Shown here in pieces: positions 47,556 through 56,087 of a stretch of DNA of 64,000 bases (the first letter of the stretch is position 1; every line of letters starts with the position of its first letter). Made by a program: the position numbers and the translations under genes. Location of the stretch: NCBI GenBank assembly GCA_031546905.1, contig JAVBJQ010000002.1:20705-84704 (forward strand), given 5' to 3'. The notes under the pieces are model-generated. The model saw only the letters and a program-made list of their open reading frames with translations. It was not told where the DNA came from and ran no database searches. Origin of the DNA: Eubacteriales bacterium. Lineage in GTDB: Bacteria; Bacillota; Clostridia; Lachnospirales; JAVBJQ01.

Positions 47556-48966
47556 ATCAAAATGGTATTATTCCATCAAATGGAAACTTTTTATTTCCTT
47601 TTTTTTCATTAGTTTAATACCCCTTTTGTTTTTTTCCAACACAGTAGTCAGAACTTTGGAAAAAAGTTATATTGACGAAAGACAAAGAGATATCTTACGT
47701 CAAGCAAATATTATTGCAGGTCATGTTTATATTGGAAATTACTTGCTTGATGAAAGCAAGAAAAATGTTTTTGATTATTACTTGGAACAAACAAGTAAGG
47801 AAGGCTCCTTTAGAATTATCGTGATAGATGGAAATGGCATGGTGTTAAATGACTCTAACAAAACTGAAATTGGGAAGTTTTATGTCATACCAGAAGTATT
47901 AGAAGCATTAGATAAAAAAGACGTTGCCAAAGCAAAGTCAAATAAAACAATTAATGCGGCGGCTTCTATTGTAAATGACAGCTCTGAAAAAATAGGAGTT
48001 GTTTTGATTACGGCACCCATAGAAGATATTTTTGAGCTTTTGAAAAGTATTCAAACCAGCCTTTTTTTATTGACCATTATCACGACCTTAATTGTTGTGG
48101 TTTTTGTGTTTCTATTATCTCAACTTTTAATTGACCCCCTTAAAAATATTTTAAAGGTAGTTCAAAAAATGTCTGACGGACATTTAAGTGAACGTATTAA
48201 AGTAAGCGGTCATGACGAATATTTTGAGTTGGCAGAAGCTTTTAATACCATGGCAGAAAGACTAGGGGAAGTAGATTCATCAAGGCAAGAGTTTGTTTCT
48301 AATGTTTCTCATGAATTAAAAACCCCGTTAAGCTCCATTAAAGTTTTAAGTGAGTCTGTCCTTTTGCAAGATTCAGCTCCCATCGAAATTTATAAAGAGT
48401 TTTTACAAGATATCAACTCAGAAGTAGATCGAATGGCATATATAATCAACGACTTATTAACATTGGTAAAGCTTGACCAACGGGAAATACCAATTAATTT
48501 TAAAGAACGTAGTGTAAATAAAATTGTGGAAGATATTTTAAAAAGGCTTTTTCCAATAGCGGAGCAAAAGAAAATAGAACTTTTATATGAACGAGTAAGA
48601 GATGTAACTGCTGATTGTGATGAAATGAAGTTAAGCCTTGCAATTTCAAATTTGGTTGAGAATGGAATTAAATACACGCCAGTGAATGGGTCTGTAAAAG
48701 TGATTGTAGATGCCGACCATCAAAATGCTTTTATTACTATTCAAGATACAGGAATTGGGATAAGCGAAGAAGACCAAGGAAAAGTATTTTCTCGTTTTTA
48801 TCGAGTGGACAAAACCCGCGACAGAGAAACTGGTGGGACAGGGCTGGGACTTTCAATCACACATTCAACGATTCTAATACACAACGGAAGCATTAAACTT
48901 AGTAGCAAGGAAAATGAGGGCTCTACGTTTGTTATTAGAATACCACTACATCAACAATCGTTATAG
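47479..48966 (+). CDS. Membrane sensor histidine kinase (2 TM, HAMP, HisKA, HATPase_c)
   Basis: FVSNVSHELKTPL H-box, N/G boxes and a HAMP segment. The 5' end is uncertain: the track start overlaps the response regulator by 77 nt, and the real start is probably near 47536-47545. Confidence 0.85.
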   Translation: MKKLKKTLVNPCIFIRNGELVIILNKSKWYYSIKWKLFISFFFISLIPLLFFSNTVVRTLEKSYIDERQRDILRQANIIAGHVYIGNYLLDESKKNVFDYYLEQTSKEGSFRIIVIDGNGMVLNDSNKTEIGKFYVIPEVLEALDKKDVAKAKSNKTINAAASIVNDSSEKIGVVLITAPIEDIFELLKSIQTSLFLLTIITTLIVVVFVFLLSQLLIDPLKNILKVVQKMSDGHLSERIKVSGHDEYFELAEAFNTMAERLGEVDSSRQEFVSNVSHELKTPLSSIKVLSESVLLQDSAPIEIYKEFLQDINSEVDRMAYIINDLLTLVKLDQREIPINFKERSVNKIVEDILKRLFPIAEQKKIELLYERVRDVTADCDEMKLSLAISNLVENGIKYTPVNGSVKVIVDADHQNAFITIQDTGIGISEEDQGKVFSRFYRVDKTRDRETGGTGLGLSITHSTILIHNGSIKLSSKENEGSTFVIRIPLHQQSL

Positions 48967-48980
48967 GAGGTGATTGACTT

Positions 48981-49940
48981 TTGGATAAAAACAAAAATAA
49001 ATTTAGAATCATAGGAATTATATTAACAGTTGTAATTGTTGTCTCGGCGGTGGGAATCTATTTTTTTACAAGAAATGCGCCTAAACCAGTTGGGTTAAGC
49101 ACTGATATCTATTTTTATGATGCGGCAACCAACATGATAAAACCAGAACAACATAATATTATGTTTACAGAGCGAAAAGATTTATTAGGAAAAGTGCTGG
49201 GAGAAATTATTCTAGGCCCTAAGCCGTCCTCCAATCTTTCACCTGTAATGCCTAAAGATGTAAAAATATTAACAGCTAATTTAAATGATGATTCTGTTCA
49301 AATAAATTTGTCCAGTGATTTTAATAATGCAAAGGTAAGAGAAAAATTATTTTTTATTAGTTCTTTGGTTTGGAGTATTACAGATATTGACTCTGTTTCA
49401 AAAGTGAATATTTTAGTAGATGGGGCACCCCTAAAAGGGATAGATGGTAAACCTTTAGCAGATTTAACAAGGCAGGATGTTGTAATTAACCCACTTGTTT
49501 CACCTGAACCCGTAAACTATCAAATTGTGAGACTTTATTTTTTGAATGCTGATTTTACCCAATTCAAAGTAGAAGAACGAACGATTCAAGTGAATCCAAA
49601 TCAGCCTGTGGAAAAATTTATTGTTGAAAAATTAATAGAAGGTCCAACAGAAAAAGATTTTTATTCAACCATACCATCAGAAACAAAAGTAAGAGATATT
49701 AAAACCATTGAAGAAGTTTGTTATGTAGATTTAAGCAATGAATTTGTTTCAAAGCAACAGGGTGGAGCTGACCAAGCTGCCATGAGTATATATTCTATTG
49801 TAAACACATTAACAGAATTGCGAGATGTTAAAAAAGTTCAGATTTTAATTGAAGGCGAAAAACCAACTGATTTTAAAGGTCATTTTGATTTAAGCAAACC
49901 CCTTGAACGAAAAGATTTAGGGGAAAACAAACAAAATTAA
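48981..49940 (+). CDS. Membrane-anchored protein with two GerMN (sporulation/germination) domains
   Basis: N-terminal TM anchor and two repeats of the GerMN-like pattern (...LGP...VKILT.NL..D.VQINLS / ...LIEGPTEKD...CYVDLSNEF). TTG start 7 nt after AGGAGGTGA. Confidence 0.7.
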   Translation: MDKNKNKFRIIGIILTVVIVVSAVGIYFFTRNAPKPVGLSTDIYFYDAATNMIKPEQHNIMFTERKDLLGKVLGEIILGPKPSSNLSPVMPKDVKILTANLNDDSVQINLSSDFNNAKVREKLFFISSLVWSITDIDSVSKVNILVDGAPLKGIDGKPLADLTRQDVVINPLVSPEPVNYQIVRLYFLNADFTQFKVEERTIQVNPNQPVEKFIVEKLIEGPTEKDFYSTIPSETKVRDIKTIEEVCYVDLSNEFVSKQQGGADQAAMSIYSIVNTLTELRDVKKVQILIEGEKPTDFKGHFDLSKPLERKDLGENKQN

Positions 49941-49954
49941 ACTAGGTGATTTCA

Positions 49955-52282
49955 TTGAAAAGACCGTTGATTTTTATTTTCATTTTTTATATCATGGGAA
50001 TTATTTTTGGACGATTTGTAGATTCTTTTATTACAACCGTCTTTTTTTTAAGTGTAGTTTTTTTATTTTCTGTTAGTCTATACCAGCATTTTAAAGTAAA
50101 GGAAATTTTAGGTTTTGTTCTTTTTACAGCATTGGGAATTATGTTAGTGCACAAAGGGTATGCACCCCAATATGCAGATGTGGATGATATGGCAAAAAAT
50201 GAACAGGAAGTTTATGTATCAGGATTTGTTGAAAAAATTTCCCACACAAAAAAAGGTACTCCTAAAATAGTTTTTAACGTGTATGATATTTCTACAGAGA
50301 CAACCTCAAAGCCAGTGGAACAATTAAAAATTCAAATAATAACAGACAAAAAAAGTAAAGTTACATTGGGAGAAAATTTAATCATAAGAGGAGAACTAAA
50401 TCTATTAGAGCCACGAAGAAATCCAGGGGCATTTGATGAGTTTTTATATTCAAAAACAAGAAATATAAGTTATAAAATGTTTGGAGAAGTTGTTTCTCAC
50501 GGAGCCGTCAAAAATAATATTTATACAAAACTTTATTATTGGAGAGACAAAATATCTTCGGTATATGAATCAATTTTACCCCAAAGGGAAGCTGCACTTT
50601 TAGAAGCCATGCTTTTAGGAAATTCAGACAACTTGGATGATGAAATAAGAAATTTATATGCAGTTGCAGGAATTGTGCATATCATTGCAATTTCCGGTGT
50701 ACATATTTCCTTAATCTCTTTATTTATTTTTTCGGTATTACAAACTTTCTTAAGAAAAGAACAGTGCTCTGCCATTACCATTATTATTTTGGTTTTATAT
50801 ACTATTTTTACAGGTGGGGCGGTTGCTACTGTTAGAGCAACTTATATGTCGTGTGTTGTTCTATTTGGTTACTTGCTCAAAAAGCAAAGTGACATTTACA
50901 CAAGTATTGCATTTTCTGCACTTACTATTTTAATGGTACAGCCTTTGTTTTTATTTGATATTGGTTTTTTATTGTCTTATGTTTCTATTATTGCTGTTGT
51001 TTTGGTTGCTCCTTTTTTTTCAAACTTATTTTTTATTCCAAAAATTTTAATACGACTTTTTGCTTGCTCCATTGGAGTTAGTATTGTTATTTCACCAATA
51101 ACGGCTTATTTTTTTCATTGGTTTTCATTGGCTGGAATTTTAGCAAATGTTGTTATCTTGCCATTTGCTTCTATCATTGTTATTGTAGGTTTAATGAGTG
51201 GTTTTGTTGGTTTGTTTTCTTTAGAGATTTCCCAAATATTATGCGGCATGGTTTTCTTCATTTTGAAATTTTATGAATTTGTTTGCCTCATAGCAGAAAA
51301 ACTTCCATTTTCAAAAATTGTGACAGGCAAAGTAAGTATTGTATTTTTAATTTTTTATTATCTCATTACCATATTGGTGATTTACTATCTATTTGCCAAG
51401 GGAGAAGTAAAAGCTAAAATTAAAAAGTACATCATTCTTACGAGCATATTATTTTTGATTTTTGGAGTTGTTTCTTATGGGATTCCTAAAAAGTTAGAAG
51501 TGGTGTTTATTGATGTGGGGCAAGGAGACAGCATTTTTATTAAAACTGCCGATCATAAAAATATGCTCATTGATGGAGGGGGATCTCCTTTTGATGACAG
51601 TTTCAGTGTTGGAAAAAGTACCGTGTTGCCTTTTTTGCTTTATGAAAGAGCATTAAACTTGGATTGTGTTTTTGTAACTCACCCAGATGCTGACCACATA
51701 GAGGGTGTGATTGACATTATGGATGATGTGAAGATAAATAGAATTTTTGTTTCGGATTATAATTTTTCAGAAGAACCTTTATATAGGCAGTTGATTAGTA
51801 AAGCTGAAAAATATAAAATAAAGGTAGAAAAATTAAAAAGTGGAGATAGTATAACAGTAAGTGATGACCTGCATATTTCTTGTGTAAGCCCTAATAAAAA
51901 TAGCCATTTTGACAATATCAATGACGCTAGTTTGGTTTTAAAAATGTCGTATAAAAACAATTCATTTTTGTTTACAGGTGATGCAACAGAACTTGCAGAA
52001 AATATTATAATAGATACATATAAGAATGAACTACATAGTGATGTTTTAAAAGCAGGACATCACGGCTCAAAAACATCGTCTAGCGATCAATTTGTAAAAA
52101 TGGTTGATCCCAAAATAGCAGTCATCAGCGCAGGAAAAAACAATCGGTATGGACACCCCTCAAAAAAAACATTAGATACGCTACACAAGTATAACGTTTC
52201 TATTTTTAACACGCAAAGTATGGGTGCTATTATAATGAAATCAGATGGTAAGAAAATTTATATTAATACGATGAAAAATTAG
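49955..52282 (+). CDS. comEC: DNA internalisation competence protein ComEC/Rec2 (with a C-terminal metallo-beta-lactamase domain)
   Basis: Polytopic competence domain plus FIDVGQGDS...HPDADH...GHHGS MBL motifs. Start placed at TTG 49955 (MKRPLIF), 5 nt after TAGGTGA. Confidence 0.92.
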   Translation: MKRPLIFIFIFYIMGIIFGRFVDSFITTVFFLSVVFLFSVSLYQHFKVKEILGFVLFTALGIMLVHKGYAPQYADVDDMAKNEQEVYVSGFVEKISHTKKGTPKIVFNVYDISTETTSKPVEQLKIQIITDKKSKVTLGENLIIRGELNLLEPRRNPGAFDEFLYSKTRNISYKMFGEVVSHGAVKNNIYTKLYYWRDKISSVYESILPQREAALLEAMLLGNSDNLDDEIRNLYAVAGIVHIIAISGVHISLISLFIFSVLQTFLRKEQCSAITIIILVLYTIFTGGAVATVRATYMSCVVLFGYLLKKQSDIYTSIAFSALTILMVQPLFLFDIGFLLSYVSIIAVVLVAPFFSNLFFIPKILIRLFACSIGVSIVISPITAYFFHWFSLAGILANVVILPFASIIVIVGLMSGFVGLFSLEISQILCGMVFFILKFYEFVCLIAEKLPFSKIVTGKVSIVFLIFYYLITILVIYYLFAKGEVKAKIKKYIILTSILFLIFGVVSYGIPKKLEVVFIDVGQGDSIFIKTADHKNMLIDGGGSPFDDSFSVGKSTVLPFLLYERALNLDCVFVTHPDADHIEGVIDIMDDVKINRIFVSDYNFSEEPLYRQLISKAEKYKIKVEKLKSGDSITVSDDLHISCVSPNKNSHFDNINDASLVLKMSYKNNSFLFTGDATELAENIIIDTYKNELHSDVLKAGHHGSKTSSSDQFVKMVDPKIAVISAGKNNRYGHPSKKTLDTLHKYNVSIFNTQSMGAIIMKSDGKKIYINTMKN

Positions 52283-52290
52283 GTGATACT

Positions 52291-53301
52291 GTGAACATTT
52301 TAAAAAGTGATATTAAAAATAAAACATACAAAAGAATATATTTATTTTATGGGGAAGAAAATTACCTTAAAAAACATTATGAAAAGCAAATGAATGAAAA
52401 AATTGTGGATGAAGCGATGGCCATGATGAATAGTGATGTTTTTGAAGGAAAAAATGCGGCTGTGGAAAATATGATTAATTCAGTAGAGACATTGCCATTT
52501 ATGAGTGAATATCGCCTTGTTATTATAAAAGACACTCAACTTTTTGAATCAGGTCGAAAAGACGACACCGCAAAAATAGTGGAAGCCATAGAAAATATTC
52601 CCGAGACAACGGTCTTAGTATTTGTAGAAGAAAAAATAGATAAAAGAAATTCTTTATATAAAAAAATAGCCTCTTTAAAGGAAGCACATATAGTAGAATT
52701 TAAAACGCCATCAGAGAAGGAGTTGATTACATGGGTCAATAATCTCTTTAAAGTGCGAGGAAAAACAATCGATACCAAAACAATATTATATCTTCTTAGA
52801 ATTTCTTCTGCTGACATGGAAACTGTTTTATTGGAAACAGAAAAAATTTGTGCTTATAAGTCTAGTGAAACAGTAGTGACCTTGGAAGATATTAATAGCA
52901 TTTGTACAAAAAATTTGGAAACAAAAATATTTGATTTAGTAGATGCAATCGGGAATAAAATACCTGAAACAGCACTGGATATTTTTAATAATTTAATATT
53001 GCTAAAAGAATCACCCATTATGGTTTTAAGCATGATTGGAAGGCAATTTAGATTAATCATGGAAAGTAAAATTTTATTGGAAAGGGGAAACACAAGTGCC
53101 CAAATAGCAGAAGTCTTGGGACAAAGGTCATTTGTAATTAGTGAGTGTATCAAACAAGGGAAAAATTTTTCAATGGCATCCATTAAAGATGCTGTTAAAC
53201 AATGTCTTGAAATAGATATTAAAATTAAAACGGGGCAAATCGATGGGAAATTAGCAGTTGAAACCCTTATTTTGCAGTTTGGAAGCAAGCAATATCAATA
53301 A
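52291..53301 (+). CDS. holA: DNA polymerase III delta subunit
   Basis: N-terminal IYLFYGEENYL motif, the expected size, and the conserved position after comEC. Confidence 0.88.
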   Translation: MNILKSDIKNKTYKRIYLFYGEENYLKKHYEKQMNEKIVDEAMAMMNSDVFEGKNAAVENMINSVETLPFMSEYRLVIIKDTQLFESGRKDDTAKIVEAIENIPETTVLVFVEEKIDKRNSLYKKIASLKEAHIVEFKTPSEKELITWVNNLFKVRGKTIDTKTILYLLRISSADMETVLLETEKICAYKSSETVVTLEDINSICTKNLETKIFDLVDAIGNKIPETALDIFNNLILLKESPIMVLSMIGRQFRLIMESKILLERGNTSAQIAEVLGQRSFVISECIKQGKNFSMASIKDAVKQCLEIDIKIKTGQIDGKLAVETLILQFGSKQYQ

Positions 53302-53343
53302 AAATAGAAGGGGTTGCCATCGAGTGGCAACCCCTTCTATTTG
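53301..53343. terminator. Bidirectional terminator between holA and the flagellin gene
   Basis: ATAGAAGGGGTTGCCA-TCGAG-TGGCAACCCCTTCTAT, a 16-bp GC-containing stem. Confidence 0.9.
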
Positions 53344-53348
53344 AGTCA

Positions 53349-54206
53349 TTATCTTAATAATGAAAGTACGTTATTTGGTGCTTGGTTCGCTTGTGATAAC
53401 ATAGAAGTAGCAGCTTGTTGAAGAACGTTAGATTTTGTAAAGTTCATCATTTCTTTTGCCATATCAGTATCACGAATTCTTGATTCTGCTGCTGATAAGT
53501 TTTCAGAAGAAGTATCTAAGCTTTTAATAGTGTGTTCAAGTCTATTTTGGATAGAACCCATGTCAGCTCTTTGAGTTGAAACTTTTTCAATAGCGGTATC
53601 AAGTGTTGAAATATATCCGGCTATGTCTGAACCACCCATGGATTTGAAGTTTGGAGCAGAACCATCAACTGCAGTTTTAAGAGAATCTAATCCTAAACCA
53701 GTAACATTCATAGCACCAATTGCAAAAGAGATTCTTTGTTCAGAGCTACCATTAGCACCAACTTGTAAGTTAGCTTCAGTTAAGCCACCGTTAATCAATT
53801 TTTTAGTATTAAATTCTGTTTTACTACCTGTTGCATCTACTTCTTTCATTAATTGTCCAAGTTCTGTAGCAATTTTAGCTCTATCAGAAGACACGTTGGT
53901 ATCATTCGATGCTTGTACTACAAGTTCTCTGGCACGTTGAAGCATTTCATGAGTTTCTTGTAATGCACCTTCTGCTGTTTGAATCATAGAAATACCATCT
54001 TGTGCATTTTTAGAAGCCATGTTAAGACCACGGATTTGAGAACGCATTTTTTCAGAAATTGCAAGTCCTGCTGCATCGTCGCCCGCATGATTAATTCTTG
54101 AACCAGAAGATAATTTTTCAGAAGCTTTAGAAGTTGTATCTCCTGCGATTTTTAAATTTCTTGCAGTATTTAAAGCTTGAACATTAGTATTAATTATAGT
54201 TGACAT
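53349..54206 (-). CDS. fliC: Flagellin (short form, 285 aa)
   Basis: Conserved N-terminal (INTNVQALNT...LSSGSRINHAGDDAAGLAISEKM) and C-terminal (LQQAATSMLSQANQAPNNVLSLLR) flagellin domains. Confidence 0.95.
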   Translation of the reverse strand: MSTIINTNVQALNTARNLKIAGDTTSKASEKLSSGSRINHAGDDAAGLAISEKMRSQIRGLNMASKNAQDGISMIQTAEGALQETHEMLQRARELVVQASNDTNVSSDRAKIATELGQLMKEVDATGSKTEFNTKKLINGGLTEANLQVGANGSSEQRISFAIGAMNVTGLGLDSLKTAVDGSAPNFKSMGGSDIAGYISTLDTAIEKVSTQRADMGSIQNRLEHTIKSLDTSSENLSAAESRIRDTDMAKEMMNFTKSNVLQQAATSMLSQANQAPNNVLSLLR

Positions 54207-54320
54207 ATAATTTTCCTCCTAGGAATATAATGGGGAACGTGCCCCTGCAATTTTTATATTTTCATAAAATATTGTCGCTTTTTAGCTTCAACATTTTTTG
54301 CTATCTTTCTTACAGATAAT

Positions 54321-54347
54321 ATATCGTCCTTTTGAGGATTAACTTTG
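54321..54347 (-). promoter_or_regulatory. SigmaD-like promoter of the flagellin gene
   Basis: Minus strand reads CAAA-N15-GACGATAT against the consensus TAAA-N15-GCCGATAT. About 115 nt upstream of the ATG. Confidence 0.55.
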
Positions 54348-54419
54348 CAAGTAGATGTTGGTAAAAATGGCACCAATGTGTAATTGGATTATAAACAAGG
54401 GGTTTGGCAAGGATGTTAA

Positions 54420-55253
54420 TTATAGAAGACTTTTTAATTTTATAAAAAATTCGTCGGGAACATTGACGTTATTATTTAGCCCAGTACCTAAATCAATATT
54501 TGGTTTATTGGTTCCATGAAAGTCACTACCGCCAGATAATAAAAGATTTTCTGAAAAAGCAAAAGATTTTAAAATCCCTATATTTTGATTGGAGTGGGTT
54601 GGATGAATAACTTCAATTCCTTTTAGTCCGAAATTTTTTAAGTTTTTTATAACTTCTTGGACCTTTATCATATCGAGTTTATATAAAAGTGGGTGAGCAA
54701 GAATAGGAATACCCCCAGCGTTTAAAATTTTTTCGATACATTCTGCCGCTGTAATGGAAAGCACTTTGTGATAGGCAGGCATACCATAGCCAATGTATTT
54801 ATCAAAAACATCTTTCTCAGAGGAGCAATATCCCTTTTGACACATAAGCTTTGCTATGTGTAGCCTTGAAATAATTTCATCAGTCATACTTTGAAGTTCT
54901 TCATAATAGAGGTCAAAACCAAGTCCTTGAAGTTTTTTTACCATCACCACATTTCTTTCTTCACGAAGCCGTTTAATTTTATCTAATGTTTTTTGCAGTT
55001 CCGCATCTCGGTGGTTGATAAAAAGCCCTAATATATGAAGTTTTATATTTTCATAATCAGCAGATATTTCAATTCCTGCAACCGGAAAAACATGATGTTC
55101 ATTTCCTGCTGTTATAAATTCTTCGATGCCGTTTATATTGTCATGGTCTGTTAAGGCAACGGCAGAAAGTCCTTTCTGTTTTGCATATTTGATTATTTCA
55201 GTGGGTGTCATCGTTCCATCTGAAAATGTTGAATGGGTGTGAAAGTCTATCAT
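54420..55253 (-). CDS. PHP-domain metal-dependent phosphoesterase
   Basis: MIDFHTHSTFSDG...ALTDHD N-terminal PHP motifs and a C-terminal GGSDFHG. Confidence 0.85.
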   Translation of the reverse strand: MIDFHTHSTFSDGTMTPTEIIKYAKQKGLSAVALTDHDNINGIEEFITAGNEHHVFPVAGIEISADYENIKLHILGLFINHRDAELQKTLDKIKRLREERNVVMVKKLQGLGFDLYYEELQSMTDEIISRLHIAKLMCQKGYCSSEKDVFDKYIGYGMPAYHKVLSITAAECIEKILNAGGIPILAHPLLYKLDMIKVQEVIKNLKNFGLKGIEVIHPTHSNQNIGILKSFAFSENLLLSGGSDFHGTNKPNIDLGTGLNNNVNVPDEFFIKLKSLL

Positions 55254-55368
55254 AATAAATTAGCCCCTTTTTTTCATGATTATTGCTGATAATCCTGTCA
55301 TATTTTTTGAATATCGTTTATATAATTATAGTATACAAGTCTACAAATAAAAAGAGGGTGGAAAATTT

Positions 55369-55782
55369 ATGAAGGGAATTGCAGCAGAATCAAAAGTAGC
55401 AGTTAAGAGAGACATAACTTCAACAATCATGGCTACAATCGGAGGAGTAGGAATTGCGTACGCCATTACATGTATTGTTTTTATCGCATACGCACTACTA
55501 CTTACTTATAGTAACATTAGTGAAAAGTACATACCCGTTGTAGTAATTGTAACGTGCATTATATCAGTTATGGTTGCGGGATTTGATGCTGCAAAGTCGG
55601 CAGAGAGCAAAGGCTGGCTTTGGGGAATTATTGCTGGTCTTATTTATGTTTCGATTTTAATTTTAATTGGACTTTGGGTAAAAAAAGATATTGCGTTTGA
55701 AGCAAAAGCCGTGACGTTACTCATTATATCCCTTGCAGGTGGGGGACTTGGCGGTATGTTCGGCATAAACTTAAAAAAATAA
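55369..55782 (+). CDS. Small four-TM membrane protein with a Gly-rich C-terminus (TIGR04086-like, as I recall commonly found next to SCIFF loci)
   Basis: 137-aa hydrophobic ORF ending in SLAGGGLGGMFG. GAGGGTGG SD. Confidence 0.55.
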   Translation: MKGIAAESKVAVKRDITSTIMATIGGVGIAYAITCIVFIAYALLLTYSNISEKYIPVVVIVTCIISVMVAGFDAAKSAESKGWLWGIIAGLIYVSILILIGLWVKKDIAFEAKAVTLLIISLAGGGLGGMFGINLKK

Positions 55783-55791
55783 ATGGAAAGC

Positions 55792-55820
55792 TTTTCAAAA
55801 AAAAAATTTCATGTTATAAT
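55792..55820 (+). promoter_or_regulatory. Putative promoter of the SCIFF precursor gene
   Basis: TTTTCA, 17-nt spacer, TGtTATAAT (extended -10). About 40 nt upstream of scfA. Confidence 0.5.
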
Positions 55821-55859
55821 GCTTCTTACCACAGATATTATATGTAAGGAGGAGAGAAA

Positions 55860-56000
55860 ATGAAACATATCAAAACTTTAGCAGTAAAAATGCTTAACTC
55901 TACAGTTTCAAACGGAGGTTGCGGCGAGTGTCAAACTTCTTGCCAGTCAGCTTGTAAAACTTCATGTACGGTTGCAAATCAATCTTGTGAAAATAAGTAG
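55860..56000 (+). CDS. scfA: Six-cysteine SCIFF ranthipeptide precursor (46 aa); absent from the supplied ORF track
   Basis: My translation: MKHIKTLAVKMLNSTVSNGGCGECQTSCQSACKTSCTVANQSCENK. Six Cys lie in the last 26 residues. AAGGAGG at 55846-55852. An extended -10 promoter lies upstream, a hairpin terminator downstream, and the radical-SAM/SPASM gene is next. Confidence 0.9.
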   Translation: MKHIKTLAVKMLNSTVSNGGCGECQTSCQSACKTSCTVANQSCENK

Positions 56001-56011
56001 AAATAAAATAG

Positions 56012-56044
56012 AAAAAGCGAGTTTTCAAAAACTCGCTTTTTCTA
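56012..56044 (+). terminator. Intrinsic terminator/attenuator between the SCIFF precursor and its maturase
   Basis: AAAAAGCGAGTTT-TCAA-AAACTCGCTTTTT followed by CTATT. Starts 12 nt after the scfA stop. Confidence 0.8.
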
Positions 56045-56087
56045 TTGGATGTAAGTTGTATTTGCAAATTTTATGGGGGAATTAATG

